DNA of 41,323 nucleotides from Prasinococcaceae sp. CCMP 1430 (GCA_013416795.1 RQSC01000630.1:356994-398316), one strand, 5' to 3'; positions 19,601 to 30,151 are shown, counted from the first letter of the stretch. The notes: generated from the letters alone by a model not told the origin. Translations and numbers: made by a program.

Positions 19601-20230
19601 CTGGAGCTTGAGACGCTGCGTGACAGTGTTGCGCCTCGGACTGCGGCGCTCGCCGAGGCGCGCGCGCGCCTCTCTGCTCTCGAGGCGGAGGCGAGCAGCA
19701 CAATTGCCGAGCGTGACGCCTGCAGACGCGCTCGCAGCGCCGCAGAAGGGGAGCTCGAGCGTGTGCAGGCAGAGATTGCGCGGACCGATGAACTTCTGCT
19801 GACGGCGAGGGTGGAGCAGGAGTCAGCTGCTGCAGAACGCGAGGCCGCGGAGCAGAAGCTGCGAGCGCGCAAGGAGGCTCTCACGTACACTTCTGAGCGC
19901 GTGGAGACGGCGCGGCGCATGCGCGACGCCGATTTGCGTGCGGCAGCCGCTGCTGGTGAGAGCGCCGTGGCGCTTGCAGACACCGCGGTGCCCTTGTCCG
20001 GCGAGCCTGTGACCCCCGCGCCCGCCCTGTCGGTGGCGCTGGCAGGTTCGCCCGCGGCGCGTGCCAGTGCGCTGGCAGCGGGCGCCGCCGCGAGCGCCGC
20101 GCATCAGAGCCCCGCGCTGCGCGAGCTCAGTGAGAGGCTGTCGCACTTCAAGGCGAGGCGGCTGCAGATCTGGGCAAGCCTCAACAAGACGCCCGTCTTG
20201 TCTTCAGGCACACCTCGCGCGCCGAAGTAG
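16627..20230 (+). CDS. PH domain + RhoGAP domain + long coiled coil, about 1166 aa, 2 exons
   Basis: ATG at 16627 follows G-tracts. PH: IKHGVVSLREE...FTLRCRDDAERDAWLAAF. RhoGAP: VFGAPL, EGIFRVSA (arginine finger), LADGIKYFLRAL, NKMDAKALAACLGPLLLRP. Then more than 700 aa of A/E/R heptad-rich coil. Intron 19399-19501 (GTACGT...CCAG, phase 0) joins ORF 19484..20230. Confidence 0.88.
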
Positions 20231-20831
20231 GTGGGGCGCCGTGCTCACGTGGGACGCTCCCGCCCGAATCTAGCAACGAATGCACTCCCACTGCCATGCG
20301 TGATACCACCGTCTGTAGCAGAAATTCGTACAGTCATTCCAGCAGCACGCCCGCGTCGCGGCGGCCGCGGCGGCCTCATCGTCCCACTCGGTCGGCCCAG
20401 CGCCGCTTTGCTCCCTGGCGTTCTCGCGCGGCGCGTCCCTGGTACACTGCCCGGTGCTGTTGGTAGACCCGCACGAACATGCGCTCGCGCTCCGTGCGGC
20501 CCCCCGCGCCTGCGCCCGCCTCGACGGGCGGCCTGCCGAGGGCGGCCGGCGAAGCTCCGCGCTTCCCGCGCCCTTTCGTGCGCGTTCCCCTTTGAATCTC
20601 ACTCCTGTCGGTGAAGTTTGATGTGAGCAGTCCCTCGGAAGGTGCACTGACCTTTCGCGAAGGCGGATGGGATGCAGATCAACAGAGCCGCGCGCGGGAA
20701 AGGGCCCATCCAAAACACAAAGCGCGCGCGGGTGGGCGGCGCGACACAACACGCACGTCGCGCAGCAGCGCGCCCGCGCGCGCCGGGCCGCGAGGCCGGT
20801 GGGGCGCGCCCTCCGCCCGGGGAGGGGGGAG

Positions 20832-22478
20832 ATGGCGGACCCGGTGGAGGTGGTCCTTCTCACGTCGTCCGACGACGAAGAGGGTGGCGATGGCGGCGGC
20901 GGCGGGGGCGGCGGCGTGGGCGCACCGCGCACCGGCTCTGCGGCGGTTCCGCGATCGGGCGCTCCTCAGCCGGCGCGGCCGCGGTCTGTGGGCGCTCGCT
21001 CGCCCTCTCCCCCGCCAATGCCCTCGACCTCGGGCCGCGCCGCCTCCCCTCTCGAGCAGTTGGCTGCGGGGAGTGGTCGCTCTCCCACCGCGCGCCCGCG
21101 CGGCAGCAGACGGCCAGTGTTCACGTTCACCGACAGCGGTGACGACGAGGTCGACGCTCTGCTAGGGGCGACGGCGAGGCGGGGGGAGCAGCTGCGGCAA
21201 CAACGGGCACAGGCGCAGAAGCGGCCACGAGCAGTGGCTGGCGCCCCCATAAGACCATCGCGGTCGGACGACGATGAAGCGGAGCCGCAACATCTGCCGC
21301 CGCAGAATGACCACTCGCAGCCGCCGATGCAGCAGCAGAGTCAACGGCAGAGGCAGCAAGCGCTGCGGGTGGCGGAGCGCGAGCGGAAGAAGGCGGAGAA
21401 GGATGCTGAGAAGGAACGCCGCCGGCGGAGCAAGGAGATGCATCAGCACGAGTCTGGCACCAAGTCTTCCGAGGAGATCGAGCTCGTCATCGACTCGACT
21501 TTGGCGGTCACGCGCGAGGGCGCGGCCATCGTGACCCGCATGGCCGATAAGAAGTTGCGGGTGACAAATGAGTCACTGGCCGTGCCGGGGGCGGTGGTAT
21601 GGCGGCGGCGCTTCCGCCTGTACGCCGGCGATCAACTGCCGCAGGCCCATTCGCAGGCTGCCACCGACAGCCAGTCACAGCTGCCAAACTCAGAGAGCCA
21701 GTCGGAGAAGCGTCTCGCGTCGAGCAAGTACGACTTCGAGGAGCGCACCGAGCAGTGCGCGGCACTCTTGCTCGTGCTGCCGCCCGAAGAGTTCGCGCTC
21801 GCCTTGCAGGACGGCAAGCTCGCCGCGCTCGCGCGCGAAAAGCTTGCCGCGAGCGGCTGCCCGCGCGGGAGCACCGCGCACGTGGTGACACACAGCCTGG
21901 AGCCGCTGCTGCGGCAGAACGAGCAGGCGCGCTGGCGGGCGTCGACGACTGGCGCAAGACAGCCCACACAGCGCCTGCCCGATCGCGCAAGTGTGGTAGA
22001 GCATATTGCACGCGAGCATGTGCGATGCCCGGCGCTCAGCGTGCGCATGTGCCGCGACCAAACCGAGGTCGGCGAGTACGCTGAGGTGCTCACGCTCGCA
22101 CTCGCGCGCAAGCCCTTCGAGTCCGAGGCGGGCTACTTCGAGGTGTTCGCCAACAAGGCCAAGGCCAAGTCAAAGACTAGGGACACGGGCAGCCAGTCGC
22201 TCGCGCAGGATGATGCGCCGCCGTCGATGTTTACCGACGCCGTCGCGAGCGTGTCTGGCGTGGGCGCCGAGTACGCACGCGCTATCGGAAATCTGTACCC
22301 ATCCTTCCGAGCTCTACGGGACGCGTACGGTCGGCAAGGCCAGGCCGCCACGTCGGAGATCAACCCAGCAAAGGATCTGGCGAGCGGCATGGGACCCAAC
22401 AGGCGATTCGGCACCGAGAGGTCGGGCAAGCTCATGCGGCTGCTGTGCTCTGACGATCCAGATGCGTCGTTTGCGTAG
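20832..22478 (+). CDS. EME1: Crossover-junction endonuclease subunit EME1-like (MUS81 partner), 548 aa
   Basis: Starts MADPVEVVLLTSSDDEE. Disordered N-terminus, K/E/R-rich helix, then an ERCC4-like block (IELVIDSTL...VPGAVVWRRR...LLVLPPEEF...EYAEVLTLALARKPF). C-terminal HhH2 (AVASVSGVGAEYARAIGNLYPSFRALRDAY...RRFGTERSGKLMRLL) matches the plant EME1 layout. Confidence 0.8.
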   Translation: MADPVEVVLLTSSDDEEGGDGGGGGGGGVGAPRTGSAAVPRSGAPQPARPRSVGARSPSPPPMPSTSGRAASPLEQLAAGSGRSPTARPRGSRRPVFTFTDSGDDEVDALLGATARRGEQLRQQRAQAQKRPRAVAGAPIRPSRSDDDEAEPQHLPPQNDHSQPPMQQQSQRQRQQALRVAERERKKAEKDAEKERRRRSKEMHQHESGTKSSEEIELVIDSTLAVTREGAAIVTRMADKKLRVTNESLAVPGAVVWRRRFRLYAGDQLPQAHSQAATDSQSQLPNSESQSEKRLASSKYDFEERTEQCAALLLVLPPEEFALALQDGKLAALAREKLAASGCPRGSTAHVVTHSLEPLLRQNEQARWRASTTGARQPTQRLPDRASVVEHIAREHVRCPALSVRMCRDQTEVGEYAEVLTLALARKPFESEAGYFEVFANKAKAKSKTRDTGSQSLAQDDAPPSMFTDAVASVSGVGAEYARAIGNLYPSFRALRDAYGRQGQAATSEINPAKDLASGMGPNRRFGTERSGKLMRLLCSDDPDASFA

Positions 22479-22726
22479 TAGGCAGACCGTGCGCTTTCAT
22501 CGTGGCGGAAGCGCAGGAGCTGCTCTCGTCGACTGCTAAGGTAGCTAGCGAGTAGGTGTGGAGGCTGCGCGCGGTCTATGTTTCGTCCGCTCATTCAGAC
22601 GCCCTCACGCGCCCACACCGTTGTGTGTGCTGGACGCCGGGTAGGGGTGCCTGGAGAATGTCAATTATTATTCTTTACTTGCTGGACACGCGCACGTGAG
22701 GGCCTTCAAAGTCGGTGGGTGAGAGC

Positions 22727-25510
22727 TCACATCACCCGCTCGGTGGTTACGAGCTGCTGCTGGCCTGACCTAGCAGCGTCTTCTGGTTGGCGCATGACCA
22801 TCCCAAGATCGCCCTTTTTGCCCGAGGCCGGCCTGTGAGTGGCCGTCAGATCGGCGTAAGTGGCAAGCCCCGCTTCTCCATCGCCTGTGCGAATTGCCGC
22901 GCGCGCTTCCTGTCTGGCCTCTCTGCCAGAAGTAGAGATGAATCCCCGCAAGCTTGGGCCAGCGACTCCCGCAGGTGCCTTCGCGTCGGCCGTTTGCTTC
23001 GAAAGAGTCGTAATCTTCGCAGTGGTCCGCGGCCTCGGAGTCGGCTCCTGTTCAGAAAGCGGTTTTGCGCCGCGCTCCACCGCGGCGTCGACATCCACCG
23101 GGTCCCTGGCCTGCCCAGCAGTGCCGCCCACCTCCATGCCCGCGCTCTCCGTGGCGCTGCTGACCGCGACACTTGCCGAGACAGAGGACGCCCTCGCTGT
23201 GTTCCCCCCAAGGTCCGGGGGCTCGACAACGATGGTCTCATTTTTGGAGGCACCCCGCGTAGGTTCGACCAGCCTGGTGCCAGCACCACCAGCCGCGTCA
23301 TCGGCGTTTGCGGACGTCGCAGCGTCAGCCTCTGGCACTTCGCCAGCCTCGCGCGCGTCCGCACCCAGTTGCACCGCAGTGTTACCGAGCGGCAACTTCG
23401 TGCCTCGATCGCGATCGTCATCCACACTCTCAGTGCCCACCGAATCCGAGCCGGCTGCAGTCACGTTGAGGGCGCCGGTCGCGCTCGAAGCACCATTACC
23501 GACGCTGCGTGCAGTCACGACTGCTTCGGCTGCCCTTGCCGTGCCGATTTCAGTACTGGCGACACCTTTCGCGCCTTCCTCTGCATCTCCAAAGGCGCCT
23601 TTCGACGCGTCCAGCGAATCGGCAACCGCCTCGTGCGTATCGTCTTGTGCACTCGCGCCAATGGCTAGCCCACTCGTGCTGCTACTGTTCAAGGGCACCG
23701 ACGAAGCCACCTTGGCCTTGGCCTTGGCCTTGGCCTTGACCTTGGCCTTGGCCTGGTCAGGCTTCCCTTGGGCGTCCTCGATCACGGCTTTGCTGCCGAC
23801 CACGGCTTTGCTGCTATTTGAACCAGCGGACACCTGGATCTCGTCTGCGGTGGCATTCCCTAGCTGGTCCGAGGAGGGGACGTTCGCCTTGAAGTAGGCA
23901 CGCACGTCGGCGCCTGTCGCGCGCAAAGTGGCATCGTCGCTGCCCTCTGCTGGCAAGATTGCGTTAGCTCTGCCTGTGCCCATATCCGCAAGACTGCCTG
24001 CGGCGCTCGCGATACCCGTGTTTGTGCCTGTGCTTGTGCCCGTGCTTGTGCCCACCCTGGTGCCTCTCGAGTCCGCAGTCGCGTCTGCGCTCTTTGTGTG
24101 AGAGGTGATGAGGCCAATGGATGATGCGTTCCCGCGCAGGCGGTCCTCACCAGGACCGTTTGTTGCATTTGTTGCTGGTGCGCGTGATGCTCCCACAGAC
24201 AGAAACGCTTCGGCGCTCTTCGCAGCCCCGAGCTCTGCGGCCCTAAACCTCGCTTTCGCCGAGGCCGCGGTCTCATCTGTGTCCTTCGCCTTCCCATCAC
24301 CAGTTGCGTGCACCTCGTCCTCCAGGGCAGCAGCTGACGACGTGATTTCCTCGCCTTTGTGGCTCTCGCCCTCATCGGCGTCGTCCTCACCCTCCCCTGT
24401 TTTGCCTTCGCCCGCACCAGCGCCGTCCGCGAGCGCAGCCTGCACGCCAGCAGCTTCAACATCCTGCGATTGTTCGCTCGCGTCGCTGACCAGGGCATCG
24501 CCACCCGACGCGATGTGCTCTGACTCTGACAGCTCGAAAGCAGGGTCACTCAGCGCCTGCTCGGAACCCCCCACCACTTTGTCTGGCTGCTCGTCGTGAG
24601 CTACGCCCGTGCCGACAGGAGCTGTCGCGCCTAAGACCGCGTGGTCTTCGAAAGATGACGACGTGATGGCCTTTGTGCTCTCAGCAGTCCTGTCGGTGGG
24701 GTTGAAGGCCCCGCCTCCCCGGCTGCCGTCGTGATCCGCGCCGGCAGATGCGAGGCCGGCGCTCTCAACTGATGGCGGCAGCTCTAGCGAGTGATCTACT
24801 CCATGCACTCGCTCCAATGGCTTTTCTTCGTCCCGCGCGCCCTGGAAATCGGCGGCACGCGTGCTGTCGCCGCCCAGCTCTACCTCGCTCAGTATGGCTG
24901 CCTCAGCAGATGCGACTTCCGCGGCGTCCTGGCGGTAGGCGGATGGGTCATGATCCGCCACCTGGGCAGAATGCTGGAGGCCAATGAGTCCAGAGCGCAA
25001 ATCTTCAAAAGATGCGTCGACCGAGGCCCTCGCGCGGGCGGGCGCTGGTTGTCGCGCGAGGACCGCGGCGGCATCCGCCAGCGTGGCCTGTTCAGCGTGG
25101 GCGTCACTGCGGCCGCTGAGACCGGCCGAGCCGGTGCGGTGCCTGGAGAGGTCGATACTGGGTGCTCGCGTGGTGGCCTGGCCGGACAGGCCGAAGCGTA
25201 ACACGGCAATGAGGCCCACCAGCCCGAGCGCCGCAAGCAAGCGCACAGCGGCGCGCCTACGCGCGTTCTTCTTGGGTACGCTCGTGCTGCCAAAGCCGCC
25301 GCGGAAGCTTCCGCCGCCAGAGATCGTTGGCGAGATCAAGGTCGCAGGCGACTGCAAGCTACGACCGCCGCGGCCTCGCTCCGCCGCCGCCCGCGCCTTG
25401 GTCCCCGGCGTCCAGTCGTCCCAGGCCTCCTCGTCGCTGCCGCTGCCCCAGTCATTGCCACGCTGCGCATCGCCGCGCGCCGGGGTGCCCGTGGTCGTGG
25501 GCGTGCGCAT
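22727..25510 (-). CDS. Hypothetical type II membrane protein with a long Ala/Ser/Gly/Asp/Thr low-complexity ectodomain, 927 aa
   Basis: Long uninterrupted ORF. A cytosolic N-terminus of about 85 aa ends in KKNARRR, followed by the TM segment AAVRLLAALGLVGLIAVLRFGL. (CCTTGG)n at about 23710-23751 encodes AKAKVKAKAKAKAK. No catalytic domain recognised. Confidence 0.6.
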   Translation of the reverse strand: MRTPTTTGTPARGDAQRGNDWGSGSDEEAWDDWTPGTKARAAAERGRGGRSLQSPATLISPTISGGGSFRGGFGSTSVPKKNARRRAAVRLLAALGLVGLIAVLRFGLSGQATTRAPSIDLSRHRTGSAGLSGRSDAHAEQATLADAAAVLARQPAPARARASVDASFEDLRSGLIGLQHSAQVADHDPSAYRQDAAEVASAEAAILSEVELGGDSTRAADFQGARDEEKPLERVHGVDHSLELPPSVESAGLASAGADHDGSRGGGAFNPTDRTAESTKAITSSSFEDHAVLGATAPVGTGVAHDEQPDKVVGGSEQALSDPAFELSESEHIASGGDALVSDASEQSQDVEAAGVQAALADGAGAGEGKTGEGEDDADEGESHKGEEITSSAAALEDEVHATGDGKAKDTDETAASAKARFRAAELGAAKSAEAFLSVGASRAPATNATNGPGEDRLRGNASSIGLITSHTKSADATADSRGTRVGTSTGTSTGTNTGIASAAGSLADMGTGRANAILPAEGSDDATLRATGADVRAYFKANVPSSDQLGNATADEIQVSAGSNSSKAVVGSKAVIEDAQGKPDQAKAKVKAKAKAKAKVASSVPLNSSSTSGLAIGASAQDDTHEAVADSLDASKGAFGDAEEGAKGVASTEIGTARAAEAVVTARSVGNGASSATGALNVTAAGSDSVGTESVDDDRDRGTKLPLGNTAVQLGADAREAGEVPEADAATSANADDAAGGAGTRLVEPTRGASKNETIVVEPPDLGGNTARASSVSASVAVSSATESAGMEVGGTAGQARDPVDVDAAVERGAKPLSEQEPTPRPRTTAKITTLSKQTADAKAPAGVAGPSLRGFISTSGREARQEARAAIRTGDGEAGLATYADLTATHRPASGKKGDLGMVMRQPEDAARSGQQQLVTTERVM

Positions 25511-26131
25511 GCCCGCGCCCGCCCCCGCGCCCGCCCCCGCCCCCGCAGGCGGCCGCCGGCGTGGAGGCGTCCTTGCCTATCCGCCCCCGCCCCCGCGCCT
25601 GCTCGCCCCCGCGCGAGCGCTCGAGTGCCCCTCGCGCCCCTCGAGTCTCCGAGGCGCATAAACAGGTGCCAGGGGGAAGAGGAGAAGGGGGTGGTGGCAG
25701 GAGAGGGAGTGGGCGAGTGAGCAAGTGGGTGGGTGGGTGAGGGGATAGGGTGGCAGAGGCGGCGCGCCGCGCGCGCGCGATCTGTTGCGCGCGGGGAACA
25801 GCACCGCCGCCGGAGGAATTCGCGGCGAGTACCGGGGCGTTGGTGGTGCACACAGGGTCGGGAACCGACGGTGCACGCCGGGCGGGTACAGTAAAATTGA
25901 ATGGCGGAAAACGTGTCCTTGGGTGCCATCATCTGCCATTACAACTTAGACCCTATCTTAAACCGCAAATCGAAGCAGGGCACGCGTGCCGCGTTGGCGC
26001 GGACACAAACAAGGCGCGCGCGGCGGCAACGAGAGCAGCGGGGGCCGCGCGGCGCGCAACAGCCCGCGCACAGCAGGCGGTGCTCCAACCGGCCATCCCC
26101 GGGCTCGCAGGGCGCGCGACCAGCGCGGCCC

Positions 26132-26189
26132 TAGGCGAGGGGGGGGGGAGGGAGGGGCGATAGGCGAGGGGGGGGGGAGGGAGGGGGGG
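26132..26189. repeat. Tandem duplication (period 29 bp) of TAGGCGA-G10-AGGGAGGGG in a divergent promoter
   Basis: 26132-26157 and 26161-26186 are identical over 26 bp, followed by more G-runs. Confidence 0.9.
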
Positions 26190-26285
26190 AGGGGGGAGGG
26201 GAGGTTAGCGACCTGTCGTTCTCGAGAGCGACGCCACTGCTACAGTGCTCGCATTTCCCGCCTGCGCGCACGATCGGGGACGCAT

Positions 26286-28558
26286 ATGGCGGCGCGGCCC
26301 GATGGGGGGGCGGCGGGGGGCGCTGCGAGGAGCGAAGCGACAGTCGCTGACGGCGGCGAGCGATACCTTGCTGCCGCGCTTGGCGAGGTGGATGGGTCCG
26401 GACAAGTCGGTGGCGGCGCTTCTGATGATGCGGGTGCCGACAGCGCGTGCTGCAGCACCGGCCCGGCGAGCCCGTCCTCCACGTGCTGTGAATGGTGGCT
26501 CTTTTTATCTCCGCAAGCAATGCTACGAAGCCATCGCTACGGCTCATCCTCTCCTCTCTTCGAAAGGCGGCCGCGCGCGCGCTCCTGTTTGCTCGCGCGT
26601 GGCAGGCTGTTCTCGCCGTGGGTGGTCGGCCTCGCATGCATCTTCCTGCTGGCCATGTGGCATGAGTACCAGCGTCCCATCGCGCCGCACGATGACAACC
26701 AAGACACTGTTGGCAGCGGGGCAGATGTTGACGACGCCGGGCACGTGCCATCGGCCAGGTGGCGCGCGTACGACACTGAGGGGACCATCAGATACGTATA
26801 CATGCCAAAGTATCATTTGCTCGATCCAAGCGAATTCCGCATGTACGCGAGATGCCTCAACGACGACCCTACGCGCTTCGGAGAAGACAGGGCCATTGAT
26901 GGCCACGCGAATGGCGTGAGCGACGGCTTGAAGCACAGCGTGGATGCCCTGTTCTTGCGCACCCTCCTCGCGCGCAACGACAGCGTGCCGGCAATTCACG
27001 CAGACATCGTTATCGTGCCTGTGCTCTGGAGCCAGTCCGCGCACGGCTTCTGCGGCAGGCACCGTCACAACATGGATGACCTGATAGAAGCGCTGTTGCG
27101 CAGCCCTACGTATCTCGGCAACATGGGCACGCCGCACATCATCATCAAGGTACGGCTCACATCGTGCATCGCGTCGCAAGCGTCACGCGCATATCTGTCG
27201 GTACTGTGCCCCCCCCCCCCCCTTCTTTCGCCTGCCAATCGCGTGCACTGAGCGCTGTCGAACGCGCATACAATGCGCTATTCCCGCCTTCGTCCCCTGA
27301 CGCATTCGTGCACATGCGCGTGCGCCGTGAGTAGGATGTCTACGGCTCCTCGTTCAATGAAATGGGCGACTACCTAGCGCTACCGGGCGTGTACTTCGGG
27401 CGCTTCGAGGCGCAGAGCAGCTCGGAGTGCTGCACGGGCCTTCACTACCACTTATGCGAGGGAGATCGCACGGGGTGCTTCAGTGTTGGCTACTCGACCG
27501 TAGCCGCCGTCGAGGATGCGCGCCAGAGCAATCACACCCCGTTGCCCCTGCGCGGTGCCTCGCCCGGCGTCTGCCTAGGCCCAGACGATCTGGCCGAATT
27601 GCCGGTAGACGCCGAGTCGGCGCCCCCACTCGCGGAGCGGAAATTTCGCTACAGCACACTCTTCTCCTTCGATTCGCGCCCCTCCTTCGAGACGCGGAGG
27701 CAGATGGCGCGGGCGGTGGCGCTGGCGCGCAACGGCAGCAAGCCTGGCAATCCGCTCTCGGAGGGGCTCGTCGCGGTCTACTCGTACTGCGATGGAGGGA
27801 CGAACGGTGAACACTACAATCACGAGTACTACGTGCGCCCTAGTTCCAAATGGTGTGCTGATAATTTCCCTGGGCAGCACACGAGAGTCTCATGCAAAGA
27901 GGCGCTCCAGCTCATGCGCGACTCGGCAATGGTCGTGGCGCTGCCGGGCGACACGCCCACGAGTGACCGGCTGTGGAACGCATTTGATACGCTCACGCTG
28001 ATCGGCGTGCTGAGTGCACACATGGGCGAGTTGTTGGACGTGCTGCCGTTTCGATGGGCGGTGCCATGGGAAGACATTTTGGTGCCGATCAACCAAACAG
28101 AGTATGACTATGATCCCATCCTCGCCCCTCTCTTGGCACTCGATCGTCTGGGCACCGCCGGCATGTCGGCACGACTGAGCCTCATGCGAAAGTATCGAGA
28201 CGACGTCAGCTGGGCCAACAAGGCGACAACGCGCGTTGCTGACCACATCATCGAGGCAGCGTGGGACGCAGTGAGCCAGCAGAGCAAGTTCGACACAGGC
28301 GAGAACGTCCTCCGCAGGCGGTGCAACACCGTGCGAGCCGACCTCGGATACGTGTGGGAGAAACGGGTCGCCGTCCAGAGTAGCATCCGGCGCAAGCGCG
28401 ACAGGCTGCGACTCCAGCAAAAGGCGGCTGCTTTGCGATTCAAAGCCTATGGCGGCGGCGGCAATGGCAGCGGCGGCGGCGACGACGGCGACGGCGGCGA
28501 CGGTGGTGACGGCGGTGGCAGCGCTGCCGATGAGCAGGCCGCAGGGAGCACGGCGTGA
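26286..28558 (+). CDS. Exostosin-family glycosyltransferase (GT47), type II membrane protein, 2 exons
   Basis: Start at ATG 26286 or 26520. TM segment FSPWVVGLACIFLLAMW. Intron 27150-27334 (GTACGG...TAG, phase 0, CTGAC at 27297). GT47 signature LMRDSAMVVALPGDTPTSDRLWNAF...VLPFRWAVPWEDILVPI. Confidence 0.85.
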
Positions 28559-28597
28559 TTCGCCGCCCTCTGTCGCGTGCCACAGTAAATCTACAGG

Positions 28598-30151
28598 GTG
28601 CCCTCCAATGCCGCGCGGAGTGTGGGGCCTGCTGCTGCCACGCTCTCAGGGGTGCTAGCATGTGGCGCTGTTCAAGCGTTTTTTCCAGGTTGGCGGCGGG
28701 AACGCGTCCTCAAAAACTCGCGGCACCCCCATACTGCGTGCGCGCTGCGCCGCTGCGCGGCGCGCGTCGCGCGGCCGCCGGTGGGCGCGCCGCCCGCGCT
28801 GAAGACGTGGCCGGCGGTCGGCGGCGCGCTCGAGTTCTTCGGCGGGCCCATGAAGCTCTTCGCCAAGGGGTACGCGCAGCAGGGGCAGGTGTGGACCGTC
28901 AGCGTGCTCGGAAAGCGCATCACCATGCTGCTCGGGCCGGAGGTCAGCCCGCATTTCTACAAGGCGCAAGACACGCTCATGAGCCAGAAAGAGGTGTACG
29001 AGTTCAACGTGCCGACCTTCGGCCGCGGCGTCGTCTTCGACGTCGACCACAAGGTCCGCGCGGAGCAGTTCCGCTTCTTCGCCGAGACGCTCAAGCCGCA
29101 CAAGCTCAAGACGTACGTCGGCATGATGGTGAAGGAGGCCGAGGACTTCTTCAAGGCCTTCCCCGACGAGTGCGAAGTCGACATCCACGCCAAGCTGAGC
29201 GAGCTCATCATCTTCACCGCGAGCCGCTGCCTCATGGGCCGCGAGATCCGCGAGACGCTCTTCGACACCGTGTACAAGTACTTCCACGACCTGGACAACG
29301 GCATGCAGCCCATCTCGGTGTTCTTCCCGTACCTTCCCATCAAGGCCCACCGCACGCGCGACAAGGCGCGCGCCGCGCTGGCCAAGATCTTCAGCGACGT
29401 CATCCAGGCGCGCCGCGCGCGCGGCTCGGATGAACCCGACGTCATGCAGGGCTTCATGGACGCCCGCTACAAGAACGGCTCCGGCATGACAGACGATCAG
29501 ATCTGCGGCATGCTCATCGCCGTGCTCTTCGCCGGCCAGCACACCTCCTCAGTGACCAGCACGTGGACCTCGCTGTTCCTGGCGGCCAACAAGGAGCGCT
29601 GCCTGGAACCGCTGCTCGAGGAGCAGAAGAAGGTGGTCGCCGAATTCGGCGAGGAGCTCAACTACGAGAACCTGCAGCAGATGGACGGGCTGTACAGGGC
29701 CATCAAAGAGTCGCTCCGCATGCACCCGCCGCTCATCATGCTCATGCGCTACGCGCACAAGGCCTTCGACGTGACGGACAAGGACGGGAAGACCTACACG
29801 GTGCCAAAGGGCGACATCTGCGCCACCTCGCCCGCATACGCCATGAAGCTCGACCACGTCTTCACAGATCCCTTAAAGTACGACCCCGACCGCTTTGCGC
29901 CTGGCCGCGAGGAGGACAAGAAGGCTTTCAGCTTCATCGGCTTCGGCGGCGGGCGCCACGGCTGCATGGGCGAGAACTTCGCCTACCTGCAGGTCAAAAC
30001 CATCATGTCCTACATGATGCGCAACTTCGAGATGGAGCTCGTGAATCCTAAAGACTTCCCGGAGCCCAACTACGACGCGATGGTGGTGGGGCCGCGCACC
30101 GATGGAGGGAAGACAATGATGCGCCTCAAGAGGCGCAAGCTCCTCGTGTAA
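28598..30151 (+). CDS. CYP51: Sterol 14-alpha-demethylase (cytochrome P450 CYP51); true start unresolved
   Basis: PPALKTWPAVGGAL...ITMLLGPEVSPHFYKA, VYEFNVPTFGRGVVFDV, I-helix LIAVLFAGQHTSS, ExxR KESLRMHPP, heme motif FGGGRHGCMGENFAY. The ORF opens on GTG at 28598 and the first in-frame ATG (about 28849) lies inside the conserved domain. Confidence 0.97.
   Translation: MPSNAARSVGPAAATLSGVLACGAVQAFFPGWRRERVLKNSRHPHTACALRRCAARVARPPVGAPPALKTWPAVGGALEFFGGPMKLFAKGYAQQGQVWTVSVLGKRITMLLGPEVSPHFYKAQDTLMSQKEVYEFNVPTFGRGVVFDVDHKVRAEQFRFFAETLKPHKLKTYVGMMVKEAEDFFKAFPDECEVDIHAKLSELIIFTASRCLMGREIRETLFDTVYKYFHDLDNGMQPISVFFPYLPIKAHRTRDKARAALAKIFSDVIQARRARGSDEPDVMQGFMDARYKNGSGMTDDQICGMLIAVLFAGQHTSSVTSTWTSLFLAANKERCLEPLLEEQKKVVAEFGEELNYENLQQMDGLYRAIKESLRMHPPLIMLMRYAHKAFDVTDKDGKTYTVPKGDICATSPAYAMKLDHVFTDPLKYDPDRFAPGREEDKKAFSFIGFGGGRHGCMGENFAYLQVKTIMSYMMRNFEMELVNPKDFPEPNYDAMVVGPRTDGGKTMMRLKRRKLLV

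Noticed and set aside
20558-20660. E2F-like sites (TTCCCGCG, TTTCGCGA) upstream of EME1, and TTTCGCGC at 8643-8650 (-)
   Set aside because: Biologically plausible for a DNA-repair gene, but such 8-mers are near background frequency in CG-rich DNA.
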